From the NCBI GenBank assembly GCA_965235115.1, contig OZ249436.1, forward strand, positions 30,876,001-30,940,000: a DNA stretch of 64,000 nt, written 5' to 3'. The translations under genes were made by a program, and so were the position numbers. Numbering within the stretch: position 1 is the stretch's first letter; every line of letters begins with the position of its first letter. The notes under the pieces are model-generated. The model saw only the letters and a program-made list of their open reading frames with translations, was not told the origin of the DNA and did no database searches. The stretch comes from Laetmonice hystrix (Eukaryota). Positions 21,559 through 33,289 of this stretch are shown one piece after another.

Positions 21559-21574
21559 CTGACCCCTAGTGGCC
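21559..21574 (-). promoter_or_regulatory. CTCF-like motif (reverse orientation)
   Basis: Minus strand GGCCACTAGGGGTCAG, one mismatch from CCACTAGGGGGCAG. Confidence 0.5.
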
Positions 21575-23043
21575 TCTTTTTAGTTTGTAGCTAAGTGCTG
21601 CCAGGACTTAGGCTAGAACCGGGGGTGTCGGTACTAAAGCCAGTGTTTTGATTTGTTTGAAATCCACTGGGACTGCTCTGCCAGTGGCGGGAATGGTGAT
21701 TCAGGGAATATAAGTAGGATGGCTGGTTAATGGTTCATTAAGAAAGGGGGGATACATGTCATAACCTTCTCTGTATTAAAAAAGGGCTTCCAATCGTAAT
21801 CCATATAAGGTTTCGGGTTGGGTCTTTAGCATCCATATGGATACTTCCTTGTTGGTTCCCAGCCTTGTATACGCGTAGAGAAAACTGGCACTGGTTTCAG
21901 CGGAATAACATTGATGTTGTAGATACTGCATGGTTAAATAGAAAATGTATCCAGAATGTTTATTGCCGCCATGAGTCCAGCTTCTTTGAAGAATTACACG
22001 CAGGGGGAAAAAACTACATGGGAGATTGTCTTCATGAATGTCAGTTCTCAATCAAAAGTTTCGCTGTTTTCAGTATGCGCTCCGAGAATGGTTTCTTCAC
22101 AAACGGAAAAATGAACTTTGCCATTTCTTCAAAGCATGGACTCTTTTTTTTAATGTGTCTGTTTGACAAATGATTGAAAAACAAAATGGTTACCTTCTTA
22201 AATAATGAACCTGCATCGGTTCCCTCATTTGTTTGAAAACAGTGCAGATTTGCGTGTTTTCAGGTGGATACCTTGACAGTGTGCCAGCACAGATGATTAA
22301 ACTCGTGGTTTTCTCCCACATGTAGAGAACAGAAACTTTCCAAACTTAGTGCAAGCAATTTTTCACGCTTTCTCCAGAAACCAATCTCATGTTTTTTATA
22401 CTTTTTTTTGCTTAATATGGTATTAAATTATAAGCTTTCACTTCATAGTGGAATAAGAATCGCATGTCATTGTTAGTCGTGAACACTTTTTACCTATTGC
22501 AAATACTTACCGAACAACCCGGTTTTTTTTCTCAAACTTTGCAAATGACAAATCTATTTGTGATGGTCGCATTGAATAGTAATCAGTTTGATTCGAAAGA
22601 ATGGTGAGGTTTCTTTTACTTAAAGATGATCTATATGACAAGTTTCATGAATCACGGTTTGATCCACCATTAGATTTGAACGTAAACATGTATGTATATA
22701 GATATTCTTTGTGACGCAGTACGCGCTCATGAAGTTCCCAAGTTTTCCTGTTGGCAAAGTGTCAAAGTTATATCTGATATCTTGGATTTCCTGGTGGCTG
22801 TGGTCATGGCATGTAATATCTGTATAGAGCCTTTGTTAGATGTCTTCCTCTTCTCAGAAAAACTCGGCGCAACTGAATGTTTATTGACCCATGTTCTGGT
22901 TCACCATGCATGCCGTGCCGTCTGGCCGCGTGTCAGTTTACTCTTAAAACCATGAAGTATAATAGTGCGGTGATTCACAGGCAGAAGTTTCTAGGAGGAA
23001 AGGCCCAGTTAGTGCCACTTATAGAAGTGATGTGGTTCGGCAA

Positions 23044-23183
23044 AGGGCGGATCCAGGATTATGTCAGAATGGGGGGCACCCGAACACAAACATGTTTTAG
23101 AATGCATCTTTGGGTCCTCTACACAAGCAAAAAAAGCTGAAGAGGAGCGCGCCCCCTGCCCCCCCCCCCCTGGATCGGCCACT
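23044..23183. mobile_element. Short TIR element (MITE-like, GGCGGATCCAGG type)
   Basis: Termini agggcggatccagg ... cctggatcggccact (about 12/15 inverted match) with an internal G-run and C-run. Confidence 0.55.
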
Positions 23184-24837
23184 TCATGAGAAATTCATCC
23201 GAGTCTCATGTTGAAACAAAGGCATGCTGCCATAGGAAACCAGCCCAGTATGTTTGTGCCTGCTCCACCTTACATAGAGTCGGGGGTTTCTCTCGGACAG
23301 CGTCGTCTCACTCGCTTATCTCTGAACGAGGTATAGAATGTCTTGAAGATTGAAGCAGATGATGAGAAAACTGTCACTGGCGGCCGTAGAGAGACGAGTT
23401 GATGGCACTTTGTTGGTAGTGCGTGTGCCAGCTCGGCGGGGAAGAGGCGGGATACCTGAGCAGGTTTCTGAAAGCCCTAGGTGGTCGCCAACTGAATATG
23501 TCCAGATGCGGCACACCAGATGTTATCTTCCACTGACAATTCGATGAGATCCACACTGAAACGTCGACCTTCCCAGCAGGAATATTGAAGGGAAGTCTAG
23601 AATATCATCCATTGATGAATCCAACCGTATGGGGGGGTCTTCTTCTAATTCTGAATATGGCAAAGGAATTCATAGGGACCATGTCCAATGGATGATCCTG
23701 GAGGGAGTTTTACATGCAATGTTGGGTTTACCTTTTCCTTTACCTTATATTATCTACAGAAATGTTTTGGTATGCATGGTTTCACATCAGCGAGTTCCAC
23801 TGCAAGCGATGAAGGTGATTAATCGTATAATCAACCCTGTCAGTGCCACATTAGCAGTATTTGCCCGGAGGGTTTGGCCGCTGTCAGGAGGCTATCATCA
23901 TCCAGGTAGATCACAGGGTTCCTCCAGCACGTAATCCTCCAGCTGACTCCTGTATGTCCGTGCCGAGCCGTTTTCCTTTGGGAGCAGACGAATACCTGAG
24001 CAGGAGTTCGGGCAAGGTCCAGCAGATGGCGTTGATTTATGCCCCGGTGGGGTGAGGGCCACGAGCCGTGTTGGACTGATAAAGCCCTGGCCGGGCCGGA
24101 GAGGCCTGCCGCCCGGCGCCTGACAGCCTCACCCCCACCCCCACCCCGGCCGTGTTACAGGACAAGGCCCTACGACCTGCCAGTGGTCAGCGACGGACCA
24201 TGGCAAACTGCTCAAGTCACAAAGAACATACTAAGGCAATGTATACTCTTCAGTGCCAGATCTGGACTCGGCATACTTATTGGATAGATAAATACCCCGC
24301 CAGGGGCACTCAAACCTACCCCCTCCCCCCTCCAACCCCACACCGATACTACAGCAGCAGATCACTGGACGGGACAAAGATGTTATTCATAGCCAAGAAT
24401 CTGTCAGGTAGTTATGCCACAGATAACGCCAACCTACGACGCAGAATGCTACCGAAAGAGCGGTGATGACTTATAATCATGTATGTTTTTTAACTTCAAC
24501 TAATGTGTAACATGTTGTCGATGATCATTTTTTCACGCTGATTATTGGTTACTAGTACTCCTTGTGTGGGCATGCAATACACATGTTTGGGTGGTTATAG
24601 TAGCACATGTTACGTTATAGCTTTTTAAAGAGATCCCGTATTTATCAGTACTCATAAGACAGACACAGTTGTTGGCAATTTGTTAGGATCTTGTGTGACA
24701 GTTTGAAGATGGTAAACAACAGAAACATAACTTTGTGAAGATTCTTTTCGCTGGATTTTTGGTTTTCCATCAAGCGCAATTATGTGTCACACATGCTCAC
24801 CATAGCACATGCAGGTTAGATATGTGGATGTCGCAGT

Positions 24838-27144
24838 CACGTGATGCACGTGAATGTCCGTCACAGCCGTATTGCTCTTGGTACCCCCTTCAGTAGAATC
24901 GTTACGTAAGGACAAAATTGACAGGACTATGAAACAAAAATAAAAGTTTTCCACGTGAAGACTGTAAACGTTAAATTCAATTAATATGTACCAAAGCGTC
25001 TGATAAGATAAGAAATAAAAAAAAGGACAATTAGCGTGCGATTTGCATCGTATTCGCCTCCTTTGTCTTGTACATCCGAGCATCCACAGATGAGCCCTAA
25101 AGCGGAATATCCATCGTGAAATAAAGTATGTGAACAACGACCTTTCCCCCTGTGTCTCCACAGATCTACAACGATAAATTTTGAAAGATGACATGTTAAT
25201 GAAAAGGATCATAATGGTCTCCCTCTTTAAGAAAACAATTTTAATTCCCTGCTGTAACCCGGACGGCTGATTCAACAGTTAATTGTAGTGTTTAACTGAT
25301 TGCCGGGAGAACAAGGCCGAGCAGAGTTTACAACTTCAGCAGGTCTGGTGCCAGATGGGAACAAAGGCTGTTACAGACGGCCTAGGGCTTATGTAAGGTA
25401 GGTGGAATGTATACAGGGTCTGGGTTAACTTGGGACAGTCTGGGCTCGGGCTGGGTGATGGGCCCGATGTTTGGGTGTTGGGGGGAGGGGGGGGGTGTCT
25501 GGAGCCAGATAAGGGGGGAAGTTTGATAAATTAACTGTTGACAGCTGACAGAATGAAATCACCCTATGGTTCTAATGGTCGCAGAGAGACGAGCGGGCAC
25601 GCTCAGGGGGACTGTGTGAGAAACTTTCAATCTGGATCTTCTGGATGTGTGCTATCTTTTAACTATTTTCTCCTCGGTTTGGACCCGGTAATTTTCGTTG
25701 AGAGGGGTTTCCTGTATTACCCGATCATGTGTGCGGTGGTCCTTGTATCATTCTGCATTGGTTTCCTGCTAACATATTTGCCACTATATATACAGCTGAC
25801 TGAGAAATAAAAATTGTGACGCTGAATGTGAGATGACTAATATTGTTGAAGAAAGGGTCCTATAACATATTTATTTATATGAGTTCATAGTTATAAGAAT
25901 AACTTTTGATGATTTTACTGACCCATAGAAAACGGCAATGAAGATGATCTGACAGATCAGATATAAGCGGGAATATGAACGAAACCAATGATCCAAGGTT
26001 AAAATGAACTGTCGCGCCAAACTTTGATCAGTTGGACATCTTAGAAAACTTATTTTAAAATTATATTCCATATAGATGTCCCACCTATTTCTCTGCCCAA
26101 CAATCAGATGGGCCAGACTAGAAATCTTATTATTTGACACACTGCCCAACGAAAACAACTTTAACAATCCTAGAACAAGTCAATATTTGTGGACTTGTGG
26201 TAATATATATCCAAGTTCATGAGTCACACTTAGTTGTGACACATGCCGGAAGGCAAGCGTCTGTGTATGTGTTGGGAGGGGGTTATTAGGTGCCTAAACC
26301 CTTTACAAGTACATGTATAGTGTAGGCAAAGGGAACAATTTTGTAACATGAATTATGATGACTGTATATGTATTACTCTTTTGACTGTACCTTGGCCCCT
26401 TTCCAAGTATATATCTTGACCCTGGATGGGTCCGCCCTATGCGTATTTCATTTTTTATTAGTCACATATACTTGGTGTTCTAGGAGTGCATGGGACAATT
26501 TGGCTCGTAGACAAAGTGGGCGTGGCACGTGCCTGGAAAAAGCGGCCATCATATGTCAGCGGGTGAGGGGTGGGGCGGGGAACGGGGTAACAGGGGTTGG
26601 GGTGACCCAGAGCAGAAGTCTGGGTTTCTCATCATGCTAACTACCTATCCCTACCCCTTGACCACAGCTGGAATATGGTAAGGTATTGACCCTCAGATCA
26701 TTGGGCACAAATCTTGGGTCAGGTTTCACAGCAGAAATTCGACCTTTCCATGCAGACACCTCTACCTACAGAACTTCAGCTGTATGGCGACAAAAAAATT
26801 TAAGTACAAAAAAAAAGTTTGCCTTAGGATCCGAATGGTATTTGTCTGAAGCGTCAATTGAAATAATATTATGATTAGGGCAAGCAGGTGTCCCGCGGCG
26901 GTGTCGGGTGTAATCACAACCACGTGCAGGAGTAGGGGTGCGAGTATATGGGGCCAGGAGAAAGTGGGGTGCTTGGAGGGTTGATGGGGACAATGGAGCG
27001 TGAAGAGTAAGAAGGGGCGCGAATATCATCTGCGTCATTGCCATCCAACCAGTAGTGCTTGTTTACCCAGCACTCCATGGTAGATAGTGACTTACTGGTC
27101 GTGGTTGAGGCACACGTGCAAAGTATGACATCACTGGACACGTG
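24838..27144. promoter_or_regulatory. Cluster of seven canonical E-boxes (CACGTG) and a PAR-bZIP D-box
   Basis: CACGTG at 24838, 24847, 24952, 26526, 26921, 27113 and 27139. TTACGTAA at 24902-24909. Confidence 0.55.
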
Positions 27145-27299
27145 TCCCGAGTGTGCCAGGGTTATAGCAGTCTCGAGTTGCACCTAGAAGGAGAGAAATC
27201 ATGCGTTGACCGTCGTGCACTAATGGTGCAGTGTGCACCACCAACTTATGTGGTGCACGCCCGCATCCCGTTGAGGCGGTGCTGGGATGTTGGGCGGCG

Positions 27300-27791
27300 T
27301 GATGTGCGGTTAATAGCTCAGACAATAGGATGCGGGAGCATTACGGGACGAGCCTAGGCATGTCGACTGGAGGACGCGCGCGAGGGACGCATGTCGCTCT
27401 GTTTACAGGCCGTCGTGACCTGATTACGTCATCACCGCGGGTCGGGCAGTTATCCTGGATGTTACGGACTCAAGGGTCAGTGCCATGAAATTCACGCTGC
27501 GCAGTTCTCAATCTATCTCCCGACAGACGTACGAATCGGGACACTCATCGCTGTCTTTGTTCAGGAACACCCGACGTTTTTGTCGACCTTTGGGAAAATA
27601 AGTATCATGCAGTGATACCCAATAAAAGAAAAGTGCCTTCTTATATTTCCGTTACTTTTTTTTCACTTAAATAATAACTCTCCCCATGTCTGTGCTTTTT
27701 GAGGGAACTTCCCTTTCCCATTTTGAATTCGTCGGCGTAATATGAATCCATTCTGAAATTCCGAAGAGAGTTTTCAAAGTGAAAGGTAATA
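27300..27791 (+). promoter_or_regulatory. Orphan CpG-rich promoter-like segment with candidate non-coding first exon
   Basis: CpG-dense stretch (cgcgcgcg, ccgcggg), TGTTTAC, TTACGTCA (27424-27431), Inr-like TCAGT (27477-27481), and donor AAG|gtaata at 27786. Confidence 0.4.
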
Positions 27792-29471
27792 TTTTTTCAC
27801 ATAGAAAAATCTGGGAAGTTGCTGAGGGTTGACAAGAATGTGGAGGTTGATATTAGCTAAGATATGTTAATATGAGGCCATCTAAAACTAACATGCTTTG
27901 TTCACTTCCTATATAAAAAAACTAACAAAAACTTCCACCTCGACAGTAGTCTCACCGCAAATCTGAGACAGCATTGGAATAAATAAATAGAGGCCCAAGA
28001 ACGATTTGGATTCGGGCCAGTCGTAGCTGAGCGAATTGTTGCCTGTAGCTGTGTGTATAGGTGATTTAAAAAAACATACGTAACCTGTCAGCAGATCTTT
28101 TCACGGGAATAAAAAGAAATCCTTTTAAAAAAAGGAACGAAGAAGGAAATTTCCAGGACCGTTGGCCCGTCGACAGGCGCACACTTAGCGAAGGTTGAGG
28201 TTGTGTAACCTGAGAAAGGATAGACACCTCAGAGTGTGGCGATATGCCATAGATCGTGGCGCCCCTGGTAGCGAACTCGTCATACACCATGAACCATCAA
28301 AATCTGGGCGTGATTCAGCAACAATCCGCTGTACATGAGGCAGGACTCCTAAAAAATATACAATAAAAGATATCCCCCCCCTTCCCCAACCTAGACACGG
28401 TGTAATACGGTATATAATGGTAAAGTGTTGTTAACTATATGCGGAGTAGTAGTTGAGGGAACAGAAGGATTTTTTGAAAGGGTCATAACAAAGACAAGAT
28501 AGAACCTGTCGTTTCATGTGCAGCTGTTGCAGGGTGTTTTCCATCTAAATTTTTAAATAGTTGTATGTATAGATCTTAGACTTTTTTTTCACAGATAGGC
28601 ATTTTAACTCCAGCACGTACATGGTTGATGACATGGCTATGTTTCATTCGCCAAGTCTTGGGCCTATATACATTCTGATTGACAGATGCAAACTGAGCCA
28701 CCTGCTGCTGAACTAGTCAGATGGTGTAAGCGCCACACGATTCGGGGCTGGGTGGCATGATGTTACAAACTGGCAGTAGCAATGTTGTTGTGGTTTTTTT
28801 TTTGTTTTTTTTTTTGGTTTTTTTTTTTGGGGGGGGGGTTAGCTCCTCTGTCCTCTATATTCGTAGATTCGGTTGTTTCCAAGGCACAGTTTCAAGTATT
28901 TTCCTCACTGTCACATGAGGACTACGGTATAGTGGGTTGGTTGCTCGAGGGCTGCTCTTCAAAAAGGGTGTCCCTGCCATGAATGTCAATTCATAACTGG
29001 ATTTCTACGGACTAACTTAGACGTGTACACTTGTACATGGTCCAGAACATATGAAAACCTATAAAAGAGTAAATGGAGCCTAGGAACTACTGTAGAATTA
29101 ACCTTTTGGTATGCTTACTTGGTACTTGGACTCGTTGCTTGTTAGTACTGATATAGTGGTGTTAGTGGTGTTTACCCATATTATTGGGAACTGCGTAGAA
29201 ATGCTGTGCACAGTGTGTTTGTCGTCCACTCACTAATTTCCTAGGGTTTGCATGGCCACTTCCCGACGCTGTTGTAGGTTGTAGTAGATTGTTGTGTCAT
29301 TTCTCGTGTTCTTGTGTGATATTCAACTAAAGGTGTGATGGGTTCGGGAATCTTAAGAATATTGACGCAAAATTTCAGGCATTCATTGACACTAGCGTCA
29401 TTTTAATATGAAGTTTTAAAATTAGTATGATGGAATGGGAAATTTTGTATCATTAAGAAAGTGCTGAGAGT

Positions 29472-29500
29472 CTGCCTGCCTGCCTGTCTGCCTGCCTGCC
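29472..29500. repeat. (CTGC)n microsatellite
   Basis: ctgcctgcctgcctgtctgcctgcctgcc. Confidence 0.85.
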
Positions 29501-29622
29501 ATGAAAATAAAAACTTTTTTTTAGTTACTGGGGTACGTAATGTTAATGCCTTTGATTACCGTAAAAGTAAATCAGAAACTTATAGCCCGTGATAAAGACG
29601 CCAAAAGTAATTACTAGTCCTG

Positions 29623-29729
29623 GGGTGCGTTTCACAACCTGTCGTTAGCTTGTCTTATCGTTAACACCAATGTATTTTCAATGGGGATGGTAACGCACGA
29701 CAGGATAACGATGGTTGTGAAACGCACCC
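29623..29729. mobile_element. Palindromic MITE, PIF/Harbinger-like, with CTG target-site duplication
   Basis: Perfect 17-bp TIR GGGTGCGTTTCACAACC ... GGTTGTGAAACGCACCC with further imperfect pairing inside. Flanked on both sides by CTG (29620-29622 and 29730-29732). Confidence 0.8.
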
Positions 29730-32700
29730 CTGATTCTATATACTCCTGTTAATATTGACGTTACGTACCTCTTTTTTTATTCCAGTTTTCGATTTATCTC
29801 TTTTTGCGTGGCTGGCTGGAGTCGATGCCATTCCTGTATTGGATGGTAAAGTTACCAGTAGGCGAGGGTGTCGGTGGACATGGCGACGGTGACGGCCAAA
29901 ACACGTCGGCAGACGGATGCGCGACGTTACAACCTAGGCTTTTTACTGACGTCAATAACAATATGTTGTAAGGCACTGCAGGAACGCGTGCTGATATCTT
30001 CATCTATAGATGGGTCTATGGTCCATGCTTCTGCAATGACAGTGTTAGGGTTGGTCCAGTATTTAACAAGGATGAGAGAGGGCTCAATGAAAATCCTCTG
30101 GTGTCATCCCTATTGTAATGACAAGGAGTCATGTCCTACTTATACTTCAGCTGACACTTTTGATGCCAAATTCGCTGAGCTGTTCAATTTTGCTTGAAGA
30201 ATGACGAGGTCATTGTGCGACACAGATGTACATATACTTACATATATACTTTAATGCTGGTCTGCCGTGGATAATCAATTTTCATGTTTTCATCTTCATC
30301 ATTAAATGCATGACATGTCTGTTTCAGTTCAGAACTTTAATTTGTTCTTATAGACCATAAATTAACCATTAACAACATTTCATAATTTCCGTGTGTAATT
30401 TGTGATTTTTTCCAAGGACCGGTATGTAATTGTTGCCATGCACGGAGTAACACCTTTTGCTAAAGGGTTAGATATTTTTATTTTCACACGTAGCTAAGAT
30501 CATACAGGTCTGGCATATTAGCCTTTAGTCAATGTACGATCAGTTTAGGGTAAGCACTCCAAAAGCTGACAAAATATCGATGCCCGCACACTCTAGCTTT
30601 GGCACACTTCAATATTTGAAGTATTTATTACTGGACAGATTGATAACACGAAACTTACCTTTGTGAGATGTGCCCTAGTGTCTCAAACGGTAGAGAGGAG
30701 GAAGAAGATGACAGAAAGTTCACTAGTCATGAGGGCAACCACGATGTATGGTGTTTGCAGAAGTGCATTTTGAATATATATAGGTAGAGTAATTTGTTAA
30801 CTGCTGGGTCAATTCATGTAAGAAATAAAAGCACAAATTAATATTGAGATGATGTCAGTAGAGTAGATCTGTATAGGATATGGGTACGAGGTTGATAAGG
30901 CTTACTGCTTTAGATCTATTTGCATCACTTATAGAAATGTGTTTGATATCAGCACCGAACAATAACAGCATTTTGTTCCTTGTAGAAAATATTTTTCTTT
31001 TTTCAATGAATCCAAAGAAGTAGAACATAAGTACATGTCTTGTTTTGTAATTACACATGTAGTCTTCTTGCTTGTTTTGCTGCATTCTTTGGTGTGGCCA
31101 TTGTAAAAACGGTGAACAATGGATGTCTGGTCATCTTTGACGAGGAGGTTTACTTTTCCTCGTCATTCACGTTGTCGAGTGGTCTGGATCTCATGATATC
31201 TTGTTTGCTACAGGTGATAATACTTAGCTTTACTGGCAGATTGATCAGCAGGACCTGTTATCAGTTCGATCAAACTTGTCTCTATCTCAGTCAATGCCGG
31301 AGGTAGAAACAGTCGAGTAACAACTGCCATTATAAATACAGTTATTGTGACTGAAAGATTTGTGTCATGTAAATTGATAATCACAGAGAGGGTAGATGTG
31401 AACCCAGAGCTGGGTGACAAGACATTTGCTCATGACGTAATGGGATGCCCTTCCTGAGAGCCTAGGGCTATCATGTTAAGGCGCATTCCGTCTCATTGAG
31501 TGTCATTTCCCGTGCTCCCCTGAAGATGTGCAGAAACCCCTGTATATAAGTGTTCAATAGTAGTATTACAGTTACTTATTTCATTTTGATTGATTAGATT
31601 TTAGGCTTTGGTAATCATAACGTGTCTACATGATCTAGTTTGTTTTTTGGTGGTTTAGCATTTAAGACGTTGTTTATTTTTGTGTGTACCATAAGTAGAG
31701 TGTATTGAACTGGTCACAGTTGAAAGTGTTCAGATTTATCTACGTGAGTTTTTTTGACTTGTGCCAGAATTGTGTTCCCCGTCATAGAGTGGTGGGGTAC
31801 AAGTAGTTGACCCGGACAACGACTGAGATGTTTTTGAGAGGATTTTTTTTTACCTGGATGAGATTTGGAAGGCAAAGCTGTGACAATCGATTCAGTTTTA
31901 TACTGGATTAAGAAATATGTGACATTGTTTTCGCTGTAACTAAGTGAAACCAATGTATTCTGTTAATGAGAGCTCAGTGCTATATCTGCCACATTCTGTC
32001 ACCGGTTGGAGGTCAGTTATGGAATGGGCAGTCTCATCAGTAGGTTAGGATAACAGTAAAGAAAGTCCGTGTAGTCCTTTAAAGGGACCTACTAAGACGG
32101 AAATCAAAGATTTGATATGATGAAAAAAGAAAGAGCACAATCAGTAAAAAGAGGAAGTGATGGCATATTTTATTATCCTGCCAGTGGTTTGCTTTTTTCA
32201 TTTTTATCTGAATTAATAATTTTGGTCGATTAATGCCATACATTGTGAAGAAACTGTTGTCTCAGTCATAACACCGTAATTATGACAACAGTGATATTTA
32301 GCCTATATAGGATCGTTTTGAAACAGTCTTTAACAAGTCAAATCACGGTTACACAATCGACGTGATTGACAAGTGTTCAGCTACAGTTTTGTAGTGAAAG
32401 TCCATGGAAGGATAAAAATCTATTTTTTCACTCTAGGAAGATGTGGTCTTTTAGACGGAAGATGTATATGGCAGTAGTACGCATGGTCAGTGCTGCACAA
32501 AATGCAAATGTTTATATTTGCGCGATCTGAGTGCCTTCCCTGTAAGGTTTTGTGCATGTTTTTTTATGCATTATCTGACCTGTCTGACTAATCTCAGTCG
32601 GTGCGCCCTTTTCAGGAGTTGTACTAGAATTATACATACCTATTCGTACTAGTAAAAAGCCAGTAGTCTCTATTCTTCATTTTTTATAAGGCTTACAATA

Positions 32701-33087
32701 ACCCTGGCCTCCTGCCTTACAGCAAAAATTTCAAAAAAGAACATAGATAAATCTTGAAGTTGAATACAATTGTTAATTTAATTTAATAAATCGTCCTTGA
32801 TTGAGTGTCCACATATTAACCAGTAATTGGCTCGCTCAACCCAAAAGTAATCAATCGGAAAATACTTGAGTGGTTCCATTACGTCCAAAAATGAAATTGT
32901 TGTTCTTATCACCGGTATTACAAATAAAAGCAATTCTGATTCTGAATGTAATGATGCAAGACATATCATATTCGATATACAAAGTTCCTTTGATGAGCAG
33001 GGCCCTTTTTATAGGATTTGTCAGTGTTTTGTACGATGATACTTAGGGGCTGTCCGAAAAGATGTGTCGCTATACCTATATAAAATG

Positions 33088-33289
33088 GGTATATCCCCCA
33101 TGGTAACTTAAAACCCACGAAATTTGGTCAGAAGTAAAGATCCCGAACCCTGACCTTATCCTTAACCCCTAACCCCGGTCCCTAGACATCCCAAAAACAT
33201 ATTCCTATCCTATCCCTATCCCTATCCTTGACCTTAACCCGAACCCCTACCCAAAAGATTTGTCTGGAAGTTACCACGGGGGAATAACC
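33088..33289. mobile_element. Non-autonomous TIR element with 8-bp TSD and GG termini (Merlin-like), internal TAACCC-like repeats
   Basis: 22-bp TIRs ggtatatcccccatggtaactt and aagttaccacgggggaataacc (18/22). Exact direct repeat ATAAAATG at 33080-33087 and 33290-33297. Interior rich in cctaaccc, ccttaaccc and cctatccc. Confidence 0.75.

Noticed and set aside
22264-22296. Strong acceptor followed by VDTLTVCQHR as third exon of the BH3 gene
   Set aside because: In-frame stop after 10 codons and no good donor before it.
25538-25810. Hydrophobic ORF as the C-terminal membrane anchor exon of the BCL-2-family gene
   Set aside because: No BH motif or convincing in-phase acceptor; T-rich sequence explains the hydrophobicity.
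28255-28275. Additional CTCF motif
   Set aside because: The G-run is one base short, so the core register does not fit.
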